This document shows positions 18,859 through 28,863 of a stretch of 64,000 nt of DNA, piece after piece. The position numbers and the translations under genes are program-made. The notes below the pieces were generated by a model. The model saw only the letters and a list, made by a program, of their open reading frames with translations, was not told the DNA's origin and ran no database searches. The DNA is from Candidatus Latescibacterota bacterium (GTDB taxonomy: Bacteria; Latescibacterota; UBA2968). Location of the stretch: positions 6,848,001-6,912,000 of the forward strand of contig OZ240241.1 of the NCBI GenBank assembly GCA_965198115.1, given 5' to 3'. Each line of letters begins with the position of its first letter. Position 1 is the first letter of the stretch.

Positions 18859-20092
18859 TCAGAGCCCACGATGAACCAAGTCGTCGTGCTCTTTTCGGAA
18901 TCCATCGCTTCCGTCATCCTCGATGACTTCGAGTGAGACGCCTGGTTGGAATCCTGGGAGGTTTCCCGCGTAGAAGGCGGCCTGATAGTTGCCTTCGTCG
19001 GTGAAGGACCAGACACGATGCTGGCCGGAATCACCAGGCCAGGTGACTCGCAGAATTCGGTTTCTGTGCGCGATAACGTTCCTTCGGGTTGGGGGAATCT
19101 TCGTCGACGCGATAGCGGTCGATCGCGGATTCGTCGACTTCGATGCCGAGGCCCGGCGCGTCACTGACGTCGATGTAACCGTCGCGCACTTCGAGGCGTT
19201 GCGTGAGAAGATCGCTTTCCCAGAGCTCGTGGCACGTGATGGCGGGATGTTGTGCGTGGGAAAGGACGGCGCCGAGGTGTGTGACGAAGGCGGTGGTGAT
19301 GCCCGTTCCAACTTGCTGGATCCAGAACGGCTTGTTGTGGGTGGCCGCCAGCGCGGCCTCCTTTCTGAACTCGGTGATGCCTCGACCGATGACGAATCCG
19401 TCGCAACAGTCGGCCTGCACGAGCTCGACGCGAAAGTGTTCGACGATGGGTTTTTGAATGTTCTGTCTCAACCTCGCTGCGCCAGGCATGTCTTCTGCCA
19501 GTCGAAACGGCGTCTCGAAGATGCCGACGTTGGGATGGAGATCGAGCTTTCGTAGGACCGTCTCCGCGTTGGCCTCGTTGAGAAGGAAACCGTTGAAGTC
19601 GATGTCGAATTTGTAGTCATCGGGTACGACGTTTCCAACTTGTTCGATCTGATCGTGTATATCGCGCCAGGGTCGGGCCTTCATCTTGAAGGAGGTGTAG
19701 CCCCGGCGCACCGATTCCTGCGCTTCGGCTATCCAATCATCGGGCGGCATGTCGATGTCCCACCAGGATATGGGACATCGGTCGCGGAGTTTCTTCCCGA
19801 GGAGGGCGTGTGCTGGCGAGCCGACCGCCCTTCCAGCCGCGTCGGTCACGGCGACCTGAAGACCCAGACCGATGTCGTCGTCGAGCAAGACATCGAAGAG
19901 GCCTTTGCCAACGACAACATTCGCATCGTGAGGCGAGAGGCTGTCGCCCCACCCGACAACGTCGTCGTCGGTGACGACGCGATAGACGAAGACGCGTTCA
20001 CTATGCGTGTTCGCCCTTTGCATGTGAGTGGTGACGTGATCTGCGTAGAAGGGGATGTCGAGCGCGATGCGTTCGGCTTTGGTGACTTTCAT
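18859..20092 (-). CDS. Enolase superfamily (mandelate racemase/muconate lactonizing) enzyme, frameshifted at about 19062
   Basis: FKMKARPW, DIDFN, FETP, PGLGIEVDE; tail RILRVTWPG..HRGL continues in another frame. Confidence 0.8.
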
Positions 20093-20093
20093 G

Positions 20094-21188
20094 TCAGTCC
20101 CTTCTTTGTTTCTCGATCAGTTCCTCGTCCCATTCGATGCCGAGACCCGGCTTGTCACTCATGTATATGAAGCCGTCTGATCGAAAATCGACGGGGAGCA
20201 TGAGCTTGTTCTTGAAAGCGGTCGGGTAGTTCTCGGTGATGAGACCGTTGTCGACGGCAGCCACACAGGTAGAGCCGATGTTGGGATTTCCGTGAGGGGC
20301 CATTTTGAGATGATGGGCACTGGCAAACGCGGCAACCTTGAGCCACTCGCTGATACCACCACACGTGTTGGGATCGAGCTGGATGATGTCTGCGGCCCCT
20401 GCGTCGATCAGGTCGCGCGCGCCCCAACGGGTGAATTCATTTTCTCCGCTCGCGATGGGTATGTCGAGCTTCTCGGCAAGTAGCGCGCCGCCACGAAAGT
20501 CGTCGGCGCGTACGGGTTCTTCGAACCAATACGGATCGTAAGGCTCCATCATTCGGGCGAAGCGGAGAGCCGTGCGTGCATCCCAGGCATTGTTGGCATC
20601 GACCATCAGTTCGATGTCGGGTCCGATTGCCTCGCGCACGGCCCGGACGCGTTCGGCGTCGTGAAGAAGCGTGACGCCGTCCCACCCGACCTTCATTTTG
20701 ACCGCCCGAAACCCGGCGTCGACGTAGCTCGTCAGCTCAGCGCAGAGGTCTTCGACCGTTTTCCCTTCCTCGTAATATCCGCCGGCAGCATAGGCAGCAA
20801 CTCTGTCCTGGACACCGCCGGCGAGCTTCCAGACGGGCTGGTTCAGCGCCTTACCCTTGAGATCCCACAGCGCGATGTCGACAGGGCTCATGCTGTTGAT
20901 GTAATCACCCTTGGCGACGGGTTTCCTCGCACCCCCCATGTACATCTGTTCCCACAGGTAACCGATCCGTAGGGGATCCTCGTCGATCAGCTTCTTGCGG
21001 ATGGCTCCGAGGATTTGGGCCTTCTTGACGCCCGACGCGCTGGTAGGGGACATTCCGACGATGCCCCCATCGGTGTGGATTTCGAGACGGCCGCCGCCGG
21101 AGGTCGTGGTCTTTTTAATCGAATTCCAGAACGGATTTTGGAGGGGGCCGAAGCTGACACCTGTGAGTTTCAGGTCGGTGATTTTCAT
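20094..21188 (-). CDS. Mandelate racemase subgroup enzyme (putative sugar-acid dehydratase)
   Basis: DIALWDLKGK, KMKVG, MVDANN, WFEEP, SGENE, MAPH, PGLGIE. Confidence 0.92.
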   Translation of the reverse strand: MKITDLKLTGVSFGPLQNPFWNSIKKTTTSGGGRLEIHTDGGIVGMSPTSASGVKKAQILGAIRKKLIDEDPLRIGYLWEQMYMGGARKPVAKGDYINSMSPVDIALWDLKGKALNQPVWKLAGGVQDRVAAYAAGGYYEEGKTVEDLCAELTSYVDAGFRAVKMKVGWDGVTLLHDAERVRAVREAIGPDIELMVDANNAWDARTALRFARMMEPYDPYWFEEPVRADDFRGGALLAEKLDIPIASGENEFTRWGARDLIDAGAADIIQLDPNTCGGISEWLKVAAFASAHHLKMAPHGNPNIGSTCVAAVDNGLITENYPTAFKNKLMLPVDFRSDGFIYMSDKPGLGIEWDEELIEKQRRD

Positions 21189-21248
21189 GGTGGCCCTGGG
21201 TAGACAGGAGTTTGTCGGCCATCGTAGGGGTCACGGCATGTCGTGAAC

Positions 21249-22097
21249 CTACTCGTCGATGACGCGCTTGAGGACGTTGGTGGCTTCCATTTCCCAGACC
21301 TCGTTGAAGACGAGAGGCTTGGGGCGAGGAGGCGGATACCCTGGGGGTGGATTGTTGGAGTCGTGGAGCTCGAGACGGTCCAGACCCCGAACCTGGTCCA
21401 GCCACTCGCGTTCTTCGGGGGAAGCATCGCATTTGCGTCGAAGGATGAATTCGACCCAGTCGAAAGCCGTAATGGCCACGTCCGCGACGAAGATGCGTTG
21501 GATGTCGTCGCCCGTCCAGGTTGCGAGGTCCGGCAGAAGGATGGGGCCGGTGCAGACCTGAAACTGTGGATCGTCCTGATTGATGTTGATGAGATTGACG
21601 GGGTACTCAGCCGTGACCGTGAATCCCTTGTCCTTATAGGTCGAAAACGCGCTCATCACGTCGTTACTGAGTGTGGCCTCGACGACCGCCTTGTCGTCTG
21701 CGAGGTCCTCGGTCTTTTCGAAAGATCGGATGTCGATCTTGTAGTCCTGATATCCCTCGTCAAGGGGTTTAGTCGAAATTGGTTCTGTTTCGGTGCTTGG
21801 CCGAACGGCAATGCCGAGGCCCGACTTTCGACTGAATGCCATCCGCCACTCGTTGCTGGGTATCTGGAAGAGATTCCGTCGGGCGATGGTGTACTCGCTA
21901 CGGCAGGGGGAGCCCAGGAAGCACTCGGAGGATGTGCCCGTTGAATCCTCGACGATTTCGCAGCGGGCGACGAGGTTGAAACGAACCTGGTAGGCTTCAC
22001 CTGGCTCGCCTACGTACCCGCCCATCCATTTGTAGTGCGGGTCAGGTTTCCACGGATGGCCGAACCACGTGAAGGTCGAACGGAAGAAGTCGATCAT
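21249..22097 (-). CDS. Hypothetical protein
   Basis: 282-aa ORF with GAGG RBS, co-oriented with neighbours, no recognised motif. Confidence 0.7.
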   Translation of the reverse strand: MIDFFRSTFTWFGHPWKPDPHYKWMGGYVGEPGEAYQVRFNLVARCEIVEDSTGTSSECFLGSPCRSEYTIARRNLFQIPSNEWRMAFSRKSGLGIAVRPSTETEPISTKPLDEGYQDYKIDIRSFEKTEDLADDKAVVEATLSNDVMSAFSTYKDKGFTVTAEYPVNLININQDDPQFQVCTGPILLPDLATWTGDDIQRIFVADVAITAFDWVEFILRRKCDASPEEREWLDQVRGLDRLELHDSNNPPPGYPPPRPKPLVFNEVWEMEATNVLKRVIDE

Positions 22098-22119
22098 AGA
22101 AACCTCTTAAAAGCGGGGA

Positions 22120-22183
22120 CCACGGAATACACGGAACACACGGGAAAGAAAATCCAGAAACGGAACCACGAAATACACGAACG
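22120..22183. repeat. Tandem 9-mer arrays (A/C)CACG(G/A)AAN
   Basis: ccacggaat acacggaac acacgggaa ... ccacgaaat acacgaacg; a similar array at about 28785-28803. Confidence 0.7.
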
Positions 22184-22213
22184 GATGGGCCAACCTAGGT
22201 GCCCTTATCAAGC

Positions 22214-22269
22214 ACCGACACTTCCCCTCACATTCGTTCGGGGCAGGCTCCCGCTCAGTGTGTGACGGT
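22214..22269. repeat. Family-A hairpin with an inserted 26-mer element
   Basis: cccctcacattcgttcggggcaggct (22224-22249) recurs with one mismatch at 28756-28781. Confidence 0.75.
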
Positions 22270-22308
22270 ATTAATGTGCTCGGCCGAAGGGAATGTGTGG
22301 ATTGGTGT

Positions 22309-23131
22309 TCATTTGTGGTTCCCGTTTTCGAAACCGGCGAAGCCGTATTCCCTGAGGAAGTCGATCCACTTTTGGCGGACGGGGCTGTTGTCGGGGTTGG
22401 CTATCCAGTGCGCGGGGCGTTTTACGAGAGGAAAGGAATCAATTAGGCTGGTCTCTTGCTCAGCCCGTTCGCGGATCGACGCTTCGTCGTCCTCGCTCGG
22501 CGCGAAATATCCCACGCTGCACATCCTGCGGTCCGGTCCTCCGCCCCAGCTGGCGTGCCAGACGCGATTGTCGAAGGCAATGACGTCGCCCGGTGTGGAG
22601 TCGGCAGCGAAGGCGGGCACTTCATGCACGTCGAGGCCGGTTTCGTCTTCGACGCCTCGGTTGCTCTCCCTCAGGCGGATGTTCTCGCGGATGCTTGTGT
22701 GAAGCGGGTTCCGATGCGAGCCCGGGATGAAGCGCAGTGCACCCGTGGCGCCGTCGAGCGGCTGGAGATAGAAGGCGAACTTGACGCCTTTTCGATCGAG
22801 GTGTCCCGTGTCGGGATGCCATTCGGTGCGGTCGCCAGAGAAGGCGTTTCCGTTTGCGTACATGCCGACAACTTCGTCATCGAGAAGCTGTTCGGCGGGT
22901 TCGTGGAAACGCGAATCCTCCAGGAGTGATCCCAGGAAAGGCGAATCCGGTCCGAGGTTCGTCCAATTGTATTGTTTCCCGGATGCCGCGTTCGTCCGTT
23001 TGTTGGCGTGCGGTTGACAGCCGCACGTTGAATTCTTCGTCGGCGGTTGTGATCTCCTTCTGCAACAGGAGACCTCGGAAGATCACGAATCCGAAGACCT
23101 GGAAATGTCGTACCTGGCTATCGGTCAGCAT
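22309..23131 (-). CDS. PhyH-family dioxygenase, frameshifted at about 22975
   Basis: MLTDSQVRHFQVFGF start with GGAGG RBS; WHPD, GALRFIPGSH, PGDVIAF..VWHAS, RR in the second frame. Confidence 0.8.
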
Positions 23132-23178
23132 GTTGTCCTCCGTAGAACCGAATGCATCGTGCTTCGTAATTACCGAAT

Positions 23179-23211
23179 CCGTCGCACTTCGACTCCCGCT
23201 CAGTGTGACGG
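23179..23211. repeat. REP-like hairpin, family A
   Basis: ccgtcgcact-tcgactcccgctc-agtgtgacgg. Confidence 0.7.
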
Positions 23212-23252
23212 GTCGTTTTTTGAGAAGGATGACGGCGAACCGCCCCTGTCAT

Positions 23253-24260
23253 TCATTTGCTGGGAAGCTTGACCATTTTCCGGAGCGCGTTAAGTGGATC
23301 GGGTGTCGGGATGTCCGGTTTGAGCTGTGGCCAGGCCGTGGCGGCGACTTCTCCAACGTAGACGTCCCCTCTCGAATCGACGGTGAGGCCGTGGGGTGAG
23401 ATGAACTGGCCCGGATCGTTCCCGGCTCCGTGGTAGTCCCCGATGCGTGCGAGCAGGTTACCCCCATTGTCGACGATGCTGACGCGCGGACCGAGATTCG
23501 GCACGTTCCGGTTGACGGCCATCGTCGGACCACATTCCCCGATGTAGCAGACCGAACATTTGCCCGGTGGCATGTAGAGGCCGCTCGGCCGGTGAAGGTT
23601 GTTCCACTGCGTTTCGTAGTTCCCCTGGCCATCGAAGACCTGGACGCGGTGGCTCTCGCGGTCGGCAACGTAGACCCAACCATCTGCGTCGCAGCAAATG
23701 TTGTGCGGAATGTTGAATTCGCCCGGCATTGTGCCGGGCCCGCCCCACGAAAGCATGAGTTTTCCGTCGGGCGAGAATTTATGGATGCGTGCGTTCCCAT
23801 AGCCATCGGAGACGTAGAGATCGCCTTCAGGCGACATGGCCGTATGCGTGCAGCGATGGAAAGGCTCCTGACTCATATACGGTGACGGCTTGCCAGGAAT
23901 GCCGAGGGTCATCAGGACTTTGCCATCGAGCGTGCACTTGCGGACGGTATGGTCGCCGTCATCCGTCAGGTAAAGGGTATCATCGGGTGCGTAGTGCGCG
24001 CCGTGAGCGCGAGGGAAGGTGCCTTCGCCCCACGAGCGCAGGAAGTTTCCTTCTCGGTCGAAAACGAGCATTGGATGAGGGCCGCGATTGAACACATAGA
24101 CGTTGTCGTTGCCGTCGACGGTGACGGATCCGACCTCGCGCCAGGCCATTTCGGGTGGCACCTTCGCCCAGCCGTTGATGATCTCGTAGCGGTATTCGCC
24201 TTCTCCCTGGATGTTCAGTGCTGTTTGCTCTCTGCCGGTGGTGGTAGTGCCTACGGCCAT
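23253..24260 (-). CDS. NHL-repeat protein of the peptidyl-alpha-hydroxyglycine alpha-amidating lyase family
   Basis: VYVFNRG, AHG, YVSDGYGNARIHKF, GEFNIPH, YVADRESHRVQVF. Confidence 0.85.
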   Translation of the reverse strand: MAVGTTTTGREQTALNIQGEGEYRYEIINGWAKVPPEMAWREVGSVTVDGNDNVYVFNRGPHPMLVFDREGNFLRSWGEGTFPRAHGAHYAPDDTLYLTDDGDHTVRKCTLDGKVLMTLGIPGKPSPYMSQEPFHRCTHTAMSPEGDLYVSDGYGNARIHKFSPDGKLMLSWGGPGTMPGEFNIPHNICCDADGWVYVADRESHRVQVFDGQGNYETQWNNLHRPSGLYMPPGKCSVCYIGECGPTMAVNRNVPNLGPRVSIVDNGGNLLARIGDYHGAGNDPGQFISPHGLTVDSRGDVYVGEVAATAWPQLKPDIPTPDPLNALRKMVKLPSK

Positions 24261-24290
24261 GATCAAGCCCTTTCATCGAGGGAACAGCGA

Positions 24291-24340
24291 TATCCGATGT
24301 CAGACTGATGATATCAGATATCTGGTATGCAGATGTCGGG
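24291..24340. repeat. Heptamer array T(A/G)TC(A/C)GA
   Basis: tatccga tgtcaga ctgatga tatcaga tatctgg tatgcaga tgtcggg. Confidence 0.7.
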
Positions 24341-24381
24341 CCATCTACGCAATGCTCAATTTAGCATCGAGCGTCGAGTAT

Positions 24382-24856
24382 TCAAGAATCGAGAGACTGG
24401 AGGGTGTCTGATGACCCGAGCGTGAGGATGAAGTTGACGGTCTGCTGGACTTCGCGAAAGCCGATCGCTTTGTGGAACTTCTGGCTTCGCTTGTTTTCGA
24501 CTTCGGTACTGCTGGCGAGGACTGACGCACCGACTCGGGTGGCGAGTTCGCGGACGAGGTGGGTCGCTACATCTTGACGGCTCGTGGGGCTCGACGTAGA
24601 TCCCTTCGAGATACCAAACTGGACGTTCGTCGGCTCCCGTCACATAGTCCGTTCGGAGCTCGCCCTCGGTGAATCCGACGGGGTTGTCGGCCTCATCGAA
24701 CGCCAGCAGCGTGAGTGCCTCGCCCTGGCGTTGCCGGTTCTGGTAGTAGGTCAGCGCTTCGCGACAGTCGTCTTCGTCGTCCTCCCAGAAGCGGTATCGC
24801 ATTCCGGCCCAGATGTCGAAGAGGTCCGGGGTGAGTGGTTTGAAGTGGATGTTCAT
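24382..24856 (-). CDS. GNAT acetyltransferase, AAC(6')-I-like, frameshifted at about 24583
   Basis: GFTEGELRTDYVTG, YLEGIYVEP, then in another frame RQDVATHLV..LASSTEVEN..SQKFHKAIGFREV. Confidence 0.75.
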
Positions 24857-24907
24857 TTGGTCTGGGCCGGGTGTAGGACCACGGCATGGTGTGGTCCTAC
24901 GGTCACG

Positions 24908-25900
24908 TCAGCCATTCAATCCCGGGGTAAACAGGACCATGTCGTCTTCCAGCGACCGGGCGGGCTTGATCCCTAGCTTGTCGAGTTTATTTCGGTAGGC
25001 TTTGACGCCTTCCTCGGGGCAGATCTGGTCGTCGGCGACATCGCGGAGTACTTCTACGAAGGCGCGCGGGTCTTCGGCGCCTTTGATGCGGCGACCGAAG
25101 AGGGATACGCGAGCGCCGTGCTTTTTGGCCTCGGAGATGAGTTTGTAAGCATCGTAGGTAGTGCTTGTGACGCCGCCCAGAATGCCGACGATGACGGAGG
25201 GGTCATAGTTGACGAGGGCTTCCATCGATTCCGGGCCGTTATAGGCGATCTTGAGAAACTTGGGGCGGGAAGCCCGTGGGATGCCGGCAAGCATCCTGGC
25301 GATCTGATCGATGACGTAGGTTGGAATGTCGTCTTCCGGAATTCCGCAGTCCTCGACGTTGGGGTTGAAGACCTCCAGGAAGTAGCGAAACTCCTTCTGG
25401 GCGGCTTCGATGCGGAACTCCTTGAACATTTCGAGGGAATACCAGTCGGCGTCGAGATCGTTGTTGAAGGTGACAGAGTAAAGGCCGAGATCGACGTCGG
25501 GTGTCTGATCCGCGCTTGGAAGAAGGGTGCCATACTGCCCCTCTTCGATCGTCGTTGTCGCATAGGGTCGTGATGGCTCGTTCGAATATCGGGCACCTCG
25601 CGCTTTCCAAAGATCGGTCGTGTCGTTGGCGCGAATGGCCGGCGTGACGGATGAACTGTCGAAGCAGCGCTTTTCTCTTGCGAGGATGTCCATGCTCGAT
25701 ACCGATGTAAGCAGGATGTCGATTTTGGCTTGCTCGATCAGATCGACGAGGGTCTTGCAGTACATCTGGATGGAATAGTTCGGTCCGAATGTGGCGACGC
25801 CGCCAGACATATCGGAGTCAGCGGCATACGCGATGATGAATGCATCGCTGTTCGGGTTCGTGCGAATATCTTCCAGCTTCTTATCGAGCGACTTCTGCAT
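24908..25900 (-). CDS. Conserved hypothetical protein, putative class I aldolase-like TIM barrel
   Basis: RANDTTD, FLEVFNPN, FLKIAY (candidate Schiff-base Lys), GILGG, FGRRI; GAGGAG RBS. Confidence 0.6.
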   Translation of the reverse strand: MQKSLDKKLEDIRTNPNSDAFIIAYAADSDMSGGVATFGPNYSIQMYCKTLVDLIEQAKIDILLTSVSSMDILAREKRCFDSSSVTPAIRANDTTDLWKARGARYSNEPSRPYATTTIEEGQYGTLLPSADQTPDVDLGLYSVTFNNDLDADWYSLEMFKEFRIEAAQKEFRYFLEVFNPNVEDCGIPEDDIPTYVIDQIARMLAGIPRASRPKFLKIAYNGPESMEALVNYDPSVIVGILGGVTSTTYDAYKLISEAKKHGARVSLFGRRIKGAEDPRAFVEVLRDVADDQICPEEGVKAYRNKLDKLGIKPARSLEDDMVLFTPGLNG

Positions 25901-25915
25901 GGGACTCCTCTTCGA

Positions 25916-26872
25916 TCAGGTCATTCTGTAGGCGCGGGCAGCCGTGTCGTGGAATAGCGAGACGCGATCTGAATCGGGCAAGTGAGCGACCCACGCGTCG
26001 AACATCTCGTAAAGTCGGTGAAGGTTGATGCCCTGGACCTTTTCGACAGGGTAGTTGCTCGCGAACATACAGCGTTCGCAGCCGAACCGTTCGATCGTCT
26101 CGAGCACGTGTTGTTGGACGACGGCCTCTTTGTCGGCATCCTCGTGAAAACCTGCGCATCCGAACCAGAGCATCGACAGCTTGACGTGAACGTGCGTAAG
26201 TTCGCAGAGCGCTTGCATGCCCTCGCGCCACAGTTGCTCGTGCGCATCGTCTTCCCCGTCGTGAATGTGACCGAGATGGTCGAGGATGATCGTGGTTTGC
26301 GGGATGTCGCGTAGGGCTTCTGCGGCCTCCGTCAGTTGGTGAGGATTACATTGCAGGTCGAAGGAAAGGCTCTTGTCGCCCAGGAGTGAGATGCTTTCAC
26401 GGAAAATTTGGCTCTCCATAAATTCGCCGTGCTCGATCTGGGACCACGTCAGATCCGGATTGGACGGATGGTGGTTCAGGATCATCCGGACGCCTCTGAA
26501 TCGCCCCATCGCCGCTTCAGCGTGTCGTTCGAGCATTCGTTCGGTATTCGCCACATCGCGAGCAAGGTGAACGTAACCGACGATGCCAAACGGATGCTCG
26601 GTCTCAGTCGGCTCCATCTGTTCGGAAACCCATCGGGTCTCACCGACGGCGTCGAGGCGATGCCCTCCGTCCATTTGGCCGACGACCGTTTCGACGTGAA
26701 CGCTCGAGGCGATCCTGAGCGATCCCGGCAAACCGGCCATCTCGCTGCGGTAGTCTCCACCACGGTAGACGGGGAGGTGATGTTCGACTGCAGCTCCGAG
26801 ATTCGGATTCGGTCGGGTGTTGATGTCCCACAGATGAAAATGAGGGTCGCAGACGGGAATCGTATTGCTCAG
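25916..26872 (-). CDS. Amidohydrolase_2 family protein (sugar lactonase-like), probable CTG start
   Basis: The frame is open upstream of 26740 through DPHFHLWD to CTG 26872; FRGVR, LDHLG, MFASNYP. Confidence 0.8.
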   Translation of the reverse strand: MSNTIPVCDPHFHLWDINTRPNPNLGAAVEHHLPVYRGGDYRSEMAGLPGSLRIASSVHVETVVGQMDGGHRLDAVGETRWVSEQMEPTETEHPFGIVGYVHLARDVANTERMLERHAEAAMGRFRGVRMILNHHPSNPDLTWSQIEHGEFMESQIFRESISLLGDKSLSFDLQCNPHQLTEAAEALRDIPQTTIILDHLGHIHDGEDDAHEQLWREGMQALCELTHVHVKLSMLWFGCAGFHEDADKEAVVQQHVLETIERFGCERCMFASNYPVEKVQGINLHRLYEMFDAWVAHLPDSDRVSLFHDTAARAYRMT

Positions 26873-28320
26873 GATGCCTCTCCTAACCAGAAAGAGTAGA
26901 CCTTAGCACCCTCCAATTGGAACCTGGCTCGGACCAACCCTGTCACAGATTCAGACGTGTTCCAGTTCACTCGAGCACGCAGCTGATCTCCACGAATCGC
27001 ATCACAGTTCTCCGCCGCGTATCCTTTCAGGGTCTTACCCGTCTCAACGTTCAGTAGTTCGACTCGCAAGCTGCCCTCGACCGTCGTATTGAGGTAAAGA
27101 TCTCCACCAGTCCATTCGAAGGGTTCGGTAACCACTGTGCCGTGACCAGCATCGAGGGAGATAAAACCGTCCAGCCGAAGCTTGGCCAGACACAAGGCCC
27201 CGATGTCATCGTGGTATGCCCCGTCAACAACGTCCCCGTAGAGCTCCTGCGGGCCTCGGAAGCGGTAGGCGTTGTAGTAAATCCAGATCTCGTCGTCGCG
27301 AATTTGGGGTCGCCCGGCAAGAAGGTTCTGTGCGCAGCCGTAGTTGACGCCATCCCAGGGGTCTATCCCAATGAAGAGTGCCCGGTCTCCGACTCTGTCC
27401 CAGTGATACAGGTCGCGCGAGGTCGTTAGTTCGACCTGATTCAGCGCCGTGTAGTTCAGATGCGGAGGTGGAATTGCAGCGGCGGGATTGAAGAGGACGG
27501 GGAATCCGACGTAGATGCCTTCGTAGGGGAGAATGGGCATCTGGTAGACTTCGGCGATGAAATCGGTATCGTGGATGAGTGGTGGAGAAAGATAATCTGG
27601 GTGCTCGACGACCTCCTGAATGCGTCGAGCGCGGTTCTCACGATCGACTTCGTCGGAGTGGAAGATCAGCTCTGGCTTCGACCATTGCACGAAGTCTTTG
27701 CTGGTGCAGAGCCAGACGGACCGCCCCCAATCGGTTTTGTGTTTCACGGTCGCGACGAACTGTTCCGTCTGCTCATCGTAGGTACAATGGGATTCGTCTT
27801 GGCTCGGTACGGGCGGCACATCGAGCGCGGTCCAGTCGAATCCGTCGGGAGAAACCTTGACGACACGATCGATTTTGCCGAAGAGTCCTTTGTATCGGCG
27901 CGCTGGATTCGGATCACGATCATCGCGAAGGACATGGTAGACCGTCTGCTTGCCTTCGGCTGGATCGAGGGCCACGCTGTTGTCCGTGTTCCCCTGCCAC
28001 TCGTGAAGCCCGAGGGGGGACGTGTCCCACGTCTCGCCGTCGCCCGACGTCGCGTAATGCGGGAGATAGATGCTCGCGGTGTGACGTGGTCCATACGGTT
28101 CGGTTGGGTAGTAGGCCCAGTACCACCATTCCCAGACCTTCTTTTCCGGGTTCCAGAACGGGGCGCTGCGGCTCTGGACGGCGTTTTGGTTTCGTGATTG
28201 ATCGGGCCGGATGACGGGGCCGCATTTCTCCGCCTGATGGAGCGTTCGCGTGACACCTTCCAGGCTCTGGATAGCGCCATCGTCGAGGAAGAGCTGTCTG
28301 TGTTTATCGGGATGGAGTAT
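26869..28320 (-). CDS. Five-bladed beta-propeller glycoside-hydrolase-like protein (start uncertain)
   Basis: The frame is open to 28437 and includes RQLFLDD and YATSGDGETW; SPDGFDW, SRDLYHW, LRLDGFISLDA. Confidence 0.75.
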   Translation of the reverse strand: MLHPDKHRQLFLDDGAIQSLEGVTRTLHQAEKCGPVIRPDQSRNQNAVQSRSAPFWNPEKKVWEWWYWAYYPTEPYGPRHTASIYLPHYATSGDGETWDTSPLGLHEWQGNTDNSVALDPAEGKQTVYHVLRDDRDPNPARRYKGLFGKIDRVVKVSPDGFDWTALDVPPVPSQDESHCTYDEQTEQFVATVKHKTDWGRSVWLCTSKDFVQWSKPELIFHSDEVDRENRARRIQEVVEHPDYLSPPLIHDTDFIAEVYQMPILPYEGIYVGFPVLFNPAAAIPPPHLNYTALNQVELTTSRDLYHWDRVGDRALFIGIDPWDGVNYGCAQNLLAGRPQIRDDEIWIYYNAYRFRGPQELYGDVVDGAYHDDIGALCLAKLRLDGFISLDAGHGTVVTEPFEWTGGDLYLNTTVEGSLRVELLNVETGKTLKGYAAENCDAIRGDQLRARVNWNTSESVTGLVRARFQLEGAKVYSFWLGEAS

Positions 28321-28365
28321 TCGTGACCCCTGGAACTTGCTGGAAGAAGCGCCTGACCACCGCAG

Positions 28366-28400
28366 ATTGAGAATTCGTAATTCCCAATTGGTAATTCGAA
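28366..28400. repeat. Heptamer array 5x ATTNNNA
   Basis: attgaga attcgta attccca attggta attcgaa. Confidence 0.8.
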
Positions 28401-28411
28401 ATCTGTGGAAA

Positions 28412-28729
28412 TCATTTCTCGATGTGGAATACTTCTCTCAGTTCTTTCATAATTGGGCTGTTGTCGGGGTTTGAGGCCATGATTTCACGCATGTGGGCCC
28501 ACCATTTCTTGCAGATTTCCATCTCGGCGACGGCCGCCCAGCGTTCCTCGTCTTCGATCTCGGCGTAGGCGAAGAGCTGATGTGTGTCGGCATCCAGGTA
28601 GATCGAGTAGTCAAGAACTCCCTGAGCTTTGAGCGCTTCTTCGAGCTCTGGCCAGATCGGCCTGTGACGTCTCTCGTATTCTTCGTGCTGGTCGGGGTTG
28701 ACGCTCATGACGAAGGCTTTACGGATCAT
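28412..28729 (-). CDS. rhaM: L-rhamnose mutarotase
   Basis: [45 protein letters not shown]. Confidence 0.95.
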   Translation of the reverse strand: MIRKAFVMSVNPDQHEEYERRHRPIWPELEEALKAQGVLDYSIYLDADTHQLFAYAEIEDEERWAAVAEMEICKKWWAHMREIMASNPDNSPIMKELREVFHIEK

Positions 28730-28863
28730 GGTTTACCTCGTGAAATACTATCCCACCCCTCACGTTCGTTCGGGGCAGGCTACACACACGGAATATACGG
28801 ACGAAAAGAACCAGAAGATCGAGACCCTATTCGGGGGGATGCTTGAGATACACGGGAGGGTGG

